A stretch of 62,894 nt of DNA, the filler included, from Licmophora abbreviata (taxonomy: Eukaryota): NCBI GenBank assembly GCA_900291995.1. It is 12 parts of 12 records of this genome, joined end to end, with 100 filler letters (N's around TTAATTAATTAA, not from the genome) between each part and the next. Parts side by side here need not be neighbours in the genome. Positions count along the whole stretch, not along the records: positions 18,530 to 34,906 come from OLMU01000096.1; positions 35,007 to 39,134 come from OLMU01000098.1; positions 39,235 to 42,562 come from OLMU01000100.1; positions 42,663 to 45,042 come from OLMU01000101.1; 8 more parts are not named here. The stretch is one strand, 5' to 3'. The translations under genes were made by a program, and so were the position numbers. Of this stretch, positions 32,501 through 44,431 are shown in pieces. Every line of letters starts with the position of its first letter. Position 1 is the stretch's first letter. The notes beneath the pieces were generated by a model. The model was not told the DNA's origin and did no database searches. It worked only from the letters and a program-made list of their open reading frames with translations.

Positions 32501-32917
32501 ACTTCCGACAATCTGTTTGTGCATATGCTACCTGCCAAGATCCTTGTGTCTTCCATCAAGGACTCAATATCGTGTCCTGGAGGGAATTACTTAGGTGTTG
32601 TCAAGGAAATTGCATCCTCACTGAACGACGACTGCAACCACCATACGATAATATCCGGCCGCGACAGGCGCGTTCTCCTTCTTTGCGGGCTTGCACCCGC
32701 GCTCGACGCCGTTGCGAAACAGCCAGGATACCGGACGGAAATTCGAGCAATGGTTGATCTCGTCCTTGCAGAACTAATGGTGGGTCATGACATAGTTGTC
32801 GTTCAAGCGGTCAGACTTTCTGGCGACAACGAGATGATTCTTCAGCAGCTGGCGCTCGCTTGCTTTCACTACCATCTGCTTCCCAACAAAAAGAAAAGTG
32901 AGAGCGGCCAGCAATAG
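29504..32917 (+). CDS. MUS81-like ERCC4 structure-specific endonuclease with winged helix, R3H-like, UIM and SIM modules
   Basis: Winged helix RGGPYAIL..TKDQI..YCDS..AWNSNKTLVKHGL..YTLT; nuclease VLIDNRE, GDFVF, VERKRVGDL, Q..RM, FLVE; intronless 1137 aa. Confidence 0.85.
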   Translation: MPRGKDVKVWNEDLANALKARQELAERTGSGQQYTWGTGYEAIVAVRKDIYCFSNGRVVNLPTKLSKTVMNLCMEIIRGSKTVYPDTYFENVGNGPYEKNWDNDPYLKQLKSRGGPYAILRAFDDAGVDTLTKDQITRAGQQYCDSQMEPNYMAGRPQGAWNSNKTLVKHGLLIVNGNRQYIDGVGFRSDKNKYTLTRDGQKFIDAMKRKFPHDFVARADPAAAIAASEGVHTGGLGTALPAFGSPLHGRFRGEVGIASPLTVARRAGRLGTQDVQELRFWVSVSRVGDEKVFSVGKDRRQNLHNTCDILESENSGLQLDHQSRGEARQRALHIRIVRKGSGSSSLGAQATGKRPAIDDPFQRSHLTKVVRKVPASVAAANAAESRRSRDQEVKKEKDDLKRAMNASMRYEARARTPPLGSSDEEIDGLDEAIQLSLAESERKPAGRQIREVPATTEAASLYAFSDDDDNGDDFRRAVQLSLQEAHSSSTSATATCAGTAGNRHDMLDRKPRAKRKLVFTSTEEHVVEMLSVDDDSDDGADMKLILSPKSPASSPASSQGCEGRPEVVCLDDSQEQEVIEIEESQESIVCIDESQASIVVLDSFETPHEPLKVPPHRLTLPQLTVLIDNRERNRNATPRELRMQLTRIVTTGTIHTMRPSSMPVCQVEESSLPTGDFVFEIDDEARVRLAVAVERKRVGDLVQRSVGGDHWKQFLRMQDSMQHSVFLVEHETRSATRFTPHGSQNLDGWSPFGTLIDNETSIFLFFARAILSSRSTKFIQTRDEQASLRAVGALGLMTALSTDPKLRESRQSASDGHNALKDQLIAGGIPWQLVRHASKFLHSLRYAKARYCECADDQCRARLLIPFLSEVAFGAIESTKEGWSDAIYRALVSDSFSSSSVKRQFEDHKQLVKDHGKFLCELHSGTLLDEAIGIAQEAPSNSSFAESSRRTVTIQLQEELSDLFPRPTGECFFELHATPCNPLGCKTRTVIMQTQDGCFTSDNLFVHMLPAKILVSSIKDSISCPGGNYLGVVKEIASSLNDDCNHHTIISGRDRRVLLLCGLAPALDAVAKQPGYRTEIRAMVDLVLAELMVGHDIVVVQAVRLSGDNEMILQQLALACFHYHLLPNKKKSESGQQ

Positions 32918-33253
32918 TTTTTTTTGTATAATGAGTGGCGACTCGGGGCTTTTGGCTCATTTCGCTGTCCTCTTCCGTATATTGGACGACGCTGCCACTA
33001 TCGACAATGTTTTGTCTGTATTCTAAACAATCATTTGAGACGAACAAATCACTCTGATGTAGACATCGGGCAAACCCGCGACTTGTGACAGACATCAGAA
33101 CGAGCTGCTCTCTTAGGAAGGAGCACTAGACTAAGTCACGCCCGCTCTAAAGACGTCATTAACACATTACATCAATTTACACCTCATCATCTACGTGCCA
33201 CTATTTCCAAGCGCTTGACTCGTTTTCAGTTTAGCAGCTCGTGCTCGTACTTG

Positions 33254-34708
33254 CTACTTTCCTTTGGATGCGCCTTCCTCGGGCTGTAACCGCCGGTCCA
33301 CCTTAGGTGTGCTGTCAGCCCAGCGCTCAGCCAGTCCCCTCCAAATAACAGTGAACATGACGGATTGCAATGCGTTCGCAGCTAGCCGCGTCTTGAGCCC
33401 CCTCCCGAAGAGTCCCTGAGGTATGACGCGCAACATAAGGTGAGTTCATATAGAACCAAAGCGACGAGCAATTGTACAAGATCAGCTTACCGACCACCCG
33501 TCGGCCGCTAGGACCATGTTCACAGCTTCTACATAACTAACTGAATGCTTTGCCCCAATCGCTTGTTTCGTCGTTTTGATGACACGGATCGCGTTGACAA
33601 ACGTATCGCTTACGATGCTGGCAGACAAACCAGTGACAGCGTTCCGCATTAAATTCGACGAAAAGAAGCTCCTTACGGTGTCACTATTGGAAAGTAGATT
33701 GTACATGAAGAACCACGGGTAGTGGCCTAAAATTGCAGAGATAGCGTTCGCGAAGGCCCCTTTGAAAGATAATTATGGAATGCAAAACCCGGCGAGTGGG
33801 GATGAGATCGAGCAAATAGCAATGAGGCGGAAATTGACACCCTCTAGCTCACCTTGATATAGCAATCCAATCTTGCCTTGCTTCACACGTCGCATAAGAC
33901 TGCGAAAACCTTCGGTCGAGTCCACCTGCAAGACTGTTTTGCAAGTGTCGATGGGCATGAGCATAATTCGCCAGAAAGCAACAACAATGCTTGCAACTAC
34001 AGTCGTCCTGCCGGGCCCCCATTCTCGTGTCGCATCCAAGCTGGCCATCAATGCTTCGACTCCATCGTTGGCGGCGGTACTGACAAATCGCGACAGCGGT
34101 GCCTGGACCAAGGCAAAGCTGAGTCCTCTGTAGAACCGCGGTACACCCCCATCACCAAGCAATGTGTTGAACGCCTGACGAAATGAGATTCCATACCGAT
34201 ACTGATAGTTGATAATGGTTCGAAGCCACATGAGGGTCAAGGTCTGGACGAGGCCGGCGACGGCTCCTGGAATGCCTCCACCGAGCCCTCGTTTACCCGC
34301 CTTACGTAGAATCTGGTTGAGCGTCATTGACTCGGCCGAGACTTGCGTTGAGTGATGGCTCTCTGTCGTTCGCGTCGAGGGTGATGGTGATGTCTCTTGT
34401 TGCTCATTCTTCTTTTTGATCGTCACCGTCGCGGCGCAGACATAGTACGACGGAGACAAATACGACGAAGGCGAACAAGAAGAGGGCCCGCCTCCCAAGC
34501 AACATAACATGATCCCCACAAGTAGAACCCACGCCTGGAGTGAGTAACAATGACGACGAATTCGGAAGCCCCCCATTCGTCCCCCACGCCGTATTCTCTT
34601 CTTGTTCCGGCACTGTGACTTCCTATCGACTGTTGGGAGATCGTCTTTGAAAGTGTCCTGCGCGTCCCGCGTCATCAGCAGCAGGTCGGCGTTCGGCGTC
34701 ATTGTCAT
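33254..34708 (-). CDS. Mitochondrial carrier family protein, 3 exons
   Basis: GGGIPGAVAG..LMWLRTIINYQYRYG, GGVPRFYRGL, MPIDTCKTVLQV, GLFGRGLKTRL; introns near 33852-33760 and 33490-33417; start uncertain. Confidence 0.85.
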
Positions 34709-34906
34709 TTTGCCTTTACTCGTAAATTGCTTTTCGTTTCTTCTTACTATTTGAGAATCACCAGGATTCGTCTTCAAAGTACCACCGACACGTTGCCTTG
34801 GAGCTTTCTACTCTGGCAATGGTGGCTTCGGAGCAAACAGAGACGCCGATTGTGCCAACTTCGCATGCGACTCAAATCGTGCGGCGGCCAGGCCAGGAAC
34901 CGACTC

Positions 34907-35006
34907 NNNNNNNNNNNNNNNNNNNNNNNNNNNNNNNNNNNNNNNNNNNNTTAATTAATTAANNNNNNNNNNNNNNNNNNNNNNNNNNNNNNNNNNNNNN
35001 NNNNNN
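34907..35006. other. Artificial scaffold spacer
   Basis: 44 N + TTAATTAATTAA + 44 N. Confidence 0.98.
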
Positions 35007-35008
35007 CC

Positions 35009-35860
35009 CAGCAGCAGAAGCAACCTCATGTCGATCGCAACGGCCGCACCGCGCGGTCCTACCGAGACAGCTTGCCTCCGTTTCTGCAAGCTGCTGCTGA
35101 TGGAAACTTGGAGAATCTCAAATCGTTCGTCGGGGGCCTGCGCAGTGAAACGCCCGATGTTTTGCGGACTCAACTAGAAACCCGAGATCGGAATGGTTCG
35201 ACGGCAGAACACTGGGCGGCAGGTGGCGGGCACTTGAATTGCCTTCGCTACCTCTTGCAGCTTCGGAAAGACTACGGCGCTGCCACGGTCACCGCCTCCA
35301 AGAAGATCCGACGCCGTGATGGCAAGACATCTTTGCACTTCGCAGCCCGCAATGGACACGTCGCTTGCATGACCTATCTCCTGGACAATGGTCATGCGTC
35401 GTCACCGGACGAAGTTTCGGGAGATGGCACCACTCCTCTTCATCTAGCGTGTTTTGGCGGTCATGTGGAAGCGGTGGAGTTCTTGTTGGATCGTGGCTCT
35501 AATTTACATACCACCAACGACTGGAACTGTGGCTGTGCACACTGGGTGGGCATGGCGAGATGCGACTCGGGGGATCATGTACGACGACTGTGCCAACTCC
35601 TTCATCGAAGAGGCGTCTCATTCACCCAAGCACAAAAGCAGGGACATTCCGCTTTGCACAAGGCATGCCAAAAACGCAATCGGGTCGTTGTCGAGTGGAT
35701 GGCGGAAAGGCGAGACAACGGAGGGGCCGGATTGTCGCCGGAAGAATGCCTCATGGCCGCTCTGCCTGATGACGGTGGACATACGCCGAGTGCAATCTGG
35801 AGAAGTGTTGAAGGTGACGATGAGTTTGCAAAATGGATCAAGGACAAGTTCGAACGATAG
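35009..35860 (+). CDS. Ankyrin-repeat protein, 5' end lost in the gap
   Basis: GSTAEHWAAGGG, GKTSLHFAARNG, GTTPLHLACFGG, GHSALHKAC repeats; frame open back to the spacer. Confidence 0.9.
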   Translation, partial: QQQKQPHVDRNGRTARSYRDSLPPFLQAAADGNLENLKSFVGGLRSETPDVLRTQLETRDRNGSTAEHWAAGGGHLNCLRYLLQLRKDYGAATVTASKKIRRRDGKTSLHFAARNGHVACMTYLLDNGHASSPDEVSGDGTTPLHLACFGGHVEAVEFLLDRGSNLHTTNDWNCGCAHWVGMARCDSGDHVRRLCQLLHRRGVSFTQAQKQGHSALHKACQKRNRVVVEWMAERRDNGGAGLSPEECLMAALPDDGGHTPSAIWRSVEGDDEFAKWIKDKFER

Positions 35861-35936
35861 TTTGTCGATGTCCACTTTTGATTAGAATATAGATTACATT
35901 TGACCAATCAGTGCAACGTACAAGATCATGCAGAAA

Positions 35937-37926
35937 CTATTCATTGTCGTTCCTGTCAAGCTCCTTTGATTCTATGGCCACAGCGTGCGTTACATTCGGC
36001 CATTTCATTTCTTCCGGATCAACTTCCTCCTCGCTATCGCCATCATCTTCTGTCCCGTGGCCACCCTGTCCGCGAAACAAGAAATTACCAAAGACACGAA
36101 GCAATAATTGAAGACAGACTGCTCCGAGCCCGATAAGCGACACATACTCAGGATCCGTTTCCCATTGGCTTATCGTGGCGACGAAGACAAGGAGGGCAAC
36201 CCGAAGAAATACGAGTATGACGCCCTTGTGATGATACTGCTTGCTCTTCTCACACCTGCACCGATTGTTTAACTTGGAAAATCCAAAGTGAAGAAACAAC
36301 ATGAGATCGCTGCAAAACCACACCGTGGCCATTGCGGCGCAGTACAAGTTGGCACTTCGCCTCTGCCGCTCTCCAGTACTGAATGCGCTTGCACCACCAC
36401 CAGCAAGCCAACGTGGGGTGGTCTCGTAGTCCATCTCGTCTTCCAACAGAAGGCGGCGCTCTTCGAAAGAGAATTCGTAAAGGAACAGCTTGAAGGCAGC
36501 GCCAATGCAAATCAGAGCACCCGAGTAGACTTGGTTGGTAAAGCTCCACATCACGCCGGCGTTCTTGTCACGTCGCATAGCGTGGTCGTCAGCATGGTGT
36601 GGTTGACTTCGAAAATGCAGCAGCTGACCGAGGATGATGGTCAAGACTCCAGCGTAGAACGTAAGGTAGTACTCTTCACCGTCGGATGTGTCGACAATCA
36701 GCAGACTCAACACGCTCTCTCCCAGCATAAGCATGATCCATTCTCCATTTCGGTGGATGGCAAAGTCAATATTCATTGGAATTGTTCTGCAAGCATCAAG
36801 CCGACTTGCGGTTAGAGCATCATGTCCATGACGATGAACGGAAATGAGAAAGCCGAGGGAACTTACAATGATTTGTGCTTGCCCCCAGAGGGGAAGCAGA
36901 AGATGACGTCCAACGAAAGCCACAGTGAATTTGCAATGGCTCCGAATAGACACAGATAAATTGGAATGTTGGTGTGGTCCGCCTCGTACGGATACGTTCC
37001 CGTTTCGTCTGTGGCATCAGCCAGCTGGCGGTGGTCGCCATCACTGTCGTGCGCCGCTTCGTCAGTCTCGTTCCCGCCATTACTATCGCTACCATAAAAC
37101 TCAATGCCGGCGTAGATCGTAGCCGCAATGTAAAATAGAAACGCAGGGAGATTGAAACGAACGTCTCTCAGTGAAGACTTCTTGATTACCTCTCTCTGTC
37201 CCATGCCACAGAAGTACGTCTCTACGTAACGCAAGAATGCAAGCAGCGTCGCCAAGGCCAGAGCGAGCGCAAACGCAAACATTTCAACGTGATCCCTTGG
37301 ATTCGACATGATATCAACCGGGCGAATGTGCAGAACGGCAGTCGCAGTCACGACTAGGTTCCCAGCCTCGTAGAGTCGGTGCCAAAGGTCGTCGCCTACA
37401 GCATAGCGCGAATCATAGAATGTCTTTAGCAACCACACGCCGATGACAGGAAAGAAAGTTCCAAGGAAATAAAGGAACCCTTCACTGGTCGGGGAGTCGA
37501 CGAGAATGTTTGCCATATTGTATGCTGCTGCGACGTAGAAAAGGCTATGCGAGGAAATAGTGGAGAATCGGAATTCGAACAAGTGAGTTCCAGCGTGGCG
37601 CCTCATGTGACTTTCTACAACCCCACATGCACTCACTCGAAAAATATATCTCCCCTGATTCAACGAGAGAAATAGAGCGATGATTAGCGACCTCGTTAAG
37701 ACTCACTACCCTTCAGGAACCGTCGTTCTTACCAGTTTGTACGAGGCAGAACCTGAGTGTCGCCCCACTTTTGGCGCTGCCTTGGATGAGAAAAGAATTT
37801 CACTTTTAGTCCTGGATGGTAGGATACATCACGAATGCTGTGGACGTTACTCTCCTCGTGAACAGACTGCTCCTCCACGAGAGCGGGCGCAACGGGGACT
37901 GCCTCCTCTGCCATCGTCAACGTCAT
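35937..37926 (-). CDS. LtrA (low temperature requirement A)-like polytopic membrane protein, 4 exons including an 18-nt micro-exon
   Basis: Exons 37926-37733, 37654-37637, 37544-36867, 36786-35937; spliced motif NWGDIFFDLFYVAA and HRNGEWIMLMLGESV match LtrA W.ELFFDLVFV and ER.G.F.II.LGE. Confidence 0.8.
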
Positions 37927-38297
37927 GGTCGCGGCTGCAAAATAATGCGTGCGCGGCTGATGAGACGGCGCTGAACGCTGAAGGGCAACATCAGAACATC
38001 ACGGTCTATGGTTGGCGTAGTGTTCCATTCTCTTCGTTGCTATTCCAGGTCGGACATCGGACATCTGTTGGTTTATTAACGCCTTTCACAATTGGGCTTC
38101 CGAATCGTCTTTAAACATAAAATATCATCCGTCACGCACGGAAATGCTTGTTTGTGCTGGCGTCCCAAAAGTTTCCGAAAGTGGATCTTTGTCGAAGACG
38201 TCACGCGAAGTCTGCTGTCCTTCGTCTGTGCTGCCATTGCTTTCTTCCCAAGGCACCGCTCGTTCATTTGACCGGAGACCAACGAAAGGGAAAAACC

Positions 38298-39840
<1,543 letters not shown>

Positions 39841-39895
39841 CATATGAGAGAATACAACGTGCAAGTTGATAAATGTACTGTGCAATGAACATGAA

Positions 39896-40934
39896 CTATG
39901 CGACTCCGTATTTTGTACACTCGTAGGAATGAAACAGACCTCCGACAAATCCAACTTCCTTTTCAATCGTCAGCCCCGCCGTTGACATGATGAGATCCGT
40001 TACGTCTTGGTTGTACACGCATCCTTTGCCTCCGTTTGACGCAGCCGCCTCGGCAGTCACGTCCTGATACCAGCCAAGTATTGGTGATGATGATCGAGTG
40101 TTTTCTAACAGTAGAATTTTTCCTGGGTATTGTTAACAGGAGTCAATTGTTAGTCGGAACAGGGTGCATTCACTCTCTCTATTTCATCCTACCGATCGCT
40201 ACTCCGTTGGACTTACCACCCTCAGTTTTCGGCTTGACGACGCCCCTCAGTTCTTGCAGACACGCGTTTGCCCCATCCTTCCCCATGACGCATAACGAGA
40301 AGCTATCGACTGCAGTGTCAAACGCGTTTTCACCAAATTTCGCAACAAGTTCCGACGTTGCATCCGCCTTTACGAATCGCACGGGTAAGCTGGCGGTCCA
40401 TGCGAGCTCTTGAACACGAGCCTTGGCTTGCTGCAGCATACCATCGGAAATGTCCACTAGCGTCAGGGACTTCAACATAGAAGCGTCGTACTTGTCAAGA
40501 TTCAGACCAGTACCAGCTCCTATCTCGAGAACGTCACCTCGCGCAGCTCGGAATGTTTCCGATCGAGCCATGTCCAATCCCAGCAAAGATGACACTTTCC
40601 CGCCGTCCAACTGATCGTAGGTGGGCGCGAAGGAGTCGTATGCAGTAGAAGCTTCGTCAGGAGTCAGCGCTTGACACGAGGGTAGATTAAACAGTGATAT
40701 TGCGTCTAGTAGTGCAGCAACGGTGACACCTCGGAGCAACCGACGCCGATCCATGCCGACGTCATGTAATGGTTGATGACATGGTCGAACAGATGGCATG
40801 GACCTTCTATCGACCGACAGAGGAAACCGTGAGACCCTGTTTGAAGAAATCGGCTGTAGAAGTAAACCAGAAGCCCCGTATTGGGCATCGAAAAGAAGGC
40901 AGAGAGCGAAAATCCGCCGTCGTAACATCATCAT
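39896..40934 (-). CDS. Class I SAM-dependent methyltransferase (type 11, METTL7-like), probably plastid-targeted, 2 exons
   Basis: VLEIGAGTGLNL, VDISDGML, FDTAVDSFSLC; exon 2 GKILLLENTRS..GGKGCVYNQD; intron 40216..40123; signal peptide-like N-terminus. Confidence 0.85.
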
Positions 40935-41104
40935 AGTGTGGCTTGCAATCTCGAATGGTTGGAAATGAGAGACGATGTTTTGTTGTACCTTTTCTAGCGT
41001 GTTTCTTCTCGTTTTTGAATCCTTTTGACATTCCAGTATCGTCTCAAGAACGCTGGAGTACAATGATACATTTCTCGAATTGATGGCGCGCCAACCGCCG
41101 AAAC

Positions 41105-41112
41105 TGACGTCA
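41105..41112. promoter_or_regulatory. TGACGTCA palindrome in a divergent promoter
   Basis: Between the 40934 (minus) and 41225 (plus) starts, followed by a (TG)n tract. Confidence 0.3.
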
Positions 41113-41224
41113 CTGTGTGTGTGTGTGACGGGCGACGCGGGCGACTGCGATGGCATTCGTTCGATCACTCGACCCGACGATGGGAAAGCGTTCAGGCCGT
41201 CGCTCATCGCATTTCCCAGCCACC

Positions 41225-42462
41225 ATGATAACAGCAACGCTACTTGTACCGCTATTACATTTGCTTGTATGGATTGAGTCCGCAACAGCGTTTGTCGTCC
41301 TCCCGCAATTTTGGCGTACAAGTACAGGCAGCACTGCCCGTATCACGCCAACGATCACATCCTCAGAGCTGCACATGGCGACATGGTCTGACAATCGAGC
41401 TGTACAGGAATATCAAGCGTTTCTGGCATCGGGAAAGCAGGAAATCGAAAAGACGCCGGATGGACCTGCTGTGATCATTCAAACACCAGAAGGATGCGCT
41501 CTATCGAACGGCCTGGTGGCCATGGGCATGGGGGACGACGTTGTGTTGAGTCCAGGTCAAGATTTGCCGCCGACATTGGGAGGTTCTACTTCCTATCCGA
41601 TTTACATAACGCTACCACCTCATCAACTGAAGGACTTTGTCAACACTCTCCCGGAAAGTTACAAAGAGCGTCGAGACGACTTCGTCTTCTTTTCGGGTGG
41701 CCTTGAGTATGGAAACATTGAGTTCATACTCAAAGACTATGGATATGCACGAGATACGATGACACAGGTTCTCGTCACGGGAATAAAGTTTACTCCCCAA
41801 ATCCAGGATATCAGCGTCAAGTTGGGCATGGATGCTCAAGGCGAAGAAAAATGGGCGGGAGAATGTGCGGTTTGTGGCAAGTGGAGTGGATCGATAGAGC
41901 AGCGACTAGAACGGAGTGGAGTTCGATGCAAAATCGGTTTCTACCGAGAATGGAAACGGCTTATGGTATGTTTGAAGATGTCAGACATGCGAATGGCAGA
42001 ATGTTGGCCCATATTCATGAATGTTGTTTGTGTCTTGTCTCACAGTGGGAACGCAGTGTATTTGACGCCGTGTTTCATCTTGTCGGTGCGGTGCGGTCGG
42101 AGCCAACCACTGTGGCCGATGTCTCTAATTACTACGAGCCAGAAGTGTCCGACATGTTGTGGGAAATATCTGGGATGCTGCGTGGGTCCCGCGCCTTGAC
42201 TATGACGTACGGGTTTGAAGAGCGACTGTTTGGGATTGGCGAAGTCACTGGAAGTGAGCAGCCGTGTACCCTCATCGACGCTATGTATACTTTCATTTAC
42301 GAGCCTTTCGAGAGCACCTCGAAATTCAATGAATATTTGGTGTACGCGCAAGAAGAGTGCGGGCTACTATCCACTATTGATCTTCCACGGCGAAGTTCTA
42401 CCACCATGGATCGACCGCCAATCATTCGACAAGGCAATCTTCGTGCTGATGGTGTCATCTAG
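41225..42462 (+). CDS. Plastid-targeted conserved protein (ketopantoate-reductase-like, At1g16080-type family), 2 exons
   Basis: Signal peptide ending ATA-F; PIYITL..RRDDFVFFSGG, TQVLV, GKWSGSIEQRLERSG, FHLVGA; intron about 41965-42044. Family call from recollection. Confidence 0.6.
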
Positions 42463-42562
42463 ATAGGAGGTAACAATAAACCACCTACATAACTTGTAAT
42501 GAGTGTATACACAGTTCGAATCGATCTGATGCTCCGTCGCAAACGAGGCCAGCTTAGGTAGG

Positions 42563-42662
42563 NNNNNNNNNNNNNNNNNNNNNNNNNNNNNNNNNNNNNN
42601 NNNNNNTTAATTAATTAANNNNNNNNNNNNNNNNNNNNNNNNNNNNNNNNNNNNNNNNNNNN
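42563..42662. other. Artificial scaffold spacer
   Basis: 44 N + TTAATTAATTAA + 44 N. Confidence 0.98.
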
Positions 42663-43044
42663 CCCCCAGCACTTCGCGTCGATACAAGGGTACACCCTGA
42701 TGCACGCACGGACAGGCAGCTCATCGCGATCTTGAAATCTTTCAGTTCAACCGCGCGAATGCTTGCTGCGGCTAGTCGAGTGAGTCGTCATGTCCAGGTC
42801 GACTGTCGCACTTCTGAGTCATTCTGACCTGTTTAAGGCATCCTCGTCACGATAAGTCACAGCGACGTACCATCCATAAAAAGGATCTCGCATCAGAACT
42901 GGCGTGGTGAGTTTTTTCAAAGCACAGCGCCACGCAGTTGGAAAGGGTGTCAAAGACGCGCCAATGTTTTTCGTTTTCGCCCATCAGAATGCCTCACAAA
43001 TCCAAGAACCTTTCATCTACAGTCCACAACAATAAAACGCCAAG

Positions 43045-43386
43045 ATGAACCAGTTCTCCAGCACTCAAGGCTACTGCAGCTCCGAATCGATCAATGATAG
43101 AGCCGAGGTACTCGCCTCCGCTATGATGCTCGTCTCCATTTCGGAAGACAGACCTACACAGACGGGGTACGTATCGAGCATCGCACCTTCAAACTGCGGC
43201 AGCCAGGGCTCCCTCTCTGGCTGGGGCAGCGCCATGTCTAGAAAGTCCTACAAGACAAACCTCTCCTCCCTTGGCCTCGAATCATCCGACGAGTCAACGA
43301 CGTGCTCTCCAGGTCAAACTCCAACTAGCTACGAAGTCAACGACATGGAGGTCGCCGCCTGGGGCTACTTTGTTGACTCAAGATAG
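43045..43386 (+). CDS. Small Ser-rich hypothetical protein
   Basis: 113 aa with good start context (CAAG ATG), C-ending codon bias, motifs LSGWGSAMSRKSYK and terminal WGYFVDS; probable 5'UTR intron about 42907-43022. Confidence 0.6.
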   Translation: MNQFSSTQGYCSSESINDRAEVLASAMMLVSISEDRPTQTGYVSSIAPSNCGSQGSLSGWGSAMSRKSYKTNLSSLGLESSDESTTCSPGQTPTSYEVNDMEVAAWGYFVDSR

Positions 43387-44431
43387 ATGAGCATACCATC
43401 CCTGCTACTGCGCTGGAACTTGTGGCTATCCAGCGCTTCAGGGCGCATATACCCCTCTTGTTGATATTTCTACCCTAGCCAAGCCTTGCCTCTGGGCACA
43501 CCATCATCACGACTACACACTGCCGCGCTATTGCGAGCGAGATCAGCATACAAAGCTATTCCACAGGACTGAGGAACCCCCCTGTACACATAAACGAAGC
43601 CTCTGCCTGTATACGGATCACAGGATGTACATATCCCCTAAAAATAGAAGAAACACCCTTTCAAACCAGCAAGGAATGTATTCGCGTCGTAGACTTCGAC
43701 TAGCTTGCGCGTACCCACTATTCAACCCAATGACGCCGGCGGTGATGTGTTATCTCGTGCAAATATCAGTTTGCGACTATGTAACCTGCTAATTATCAGT
43801 GATAGGGATTGGTTTGAGACAGTGGGACGACATGGCTCAGGAGTTAGTGATCAATAATAGCTTGGATCGGACGTAGCGTAGAAAGTCGATGATTGTGCCG
43901 TAACCGCAGGGACGTGGCGAGAAAGGTGCAAACCAAATGTGTGAAGGAAAATATCGAGACTAAGAAGTAGTAAGTATAGTAGAATTGAATTATAATACTC
44001 TGAGGCACGCCTGAAAACTCGCTCCAGGTGATGAGCATAGGAATACCCGAGCTCGATCAGTTGGTCCGACTTATAGTAGAGACTCGAGGTGAGAGATCCT
44101 CCTTTCAGACAATCTACATTACCTAGTTTTTAAAAGAAGGCTCGTCATGCGACTATGGCTCCGCAAACTTTACCGTGTGCATATGAGAATGTAGAGGTGG
44201 CAAGTGGTGTTACAACACGGTTACGGTGTGTGCCGGAATGTTGGACGAAAAGTGCATGAATCTTCGAGGAATCTTCCAAACCAAAATGCGTATCATACGA
44301 GGCCATCTCGAGCTTGCCAGAAAGAGCTCGCGCGCCAAAATCCTTCGATGCGACATGATGTGACGCGACGCGACGATGCGGACTTTTGACTTTTCTGAGC
44401 TTTTGGAGCAAAGAAATCGCCGAGATTGACC

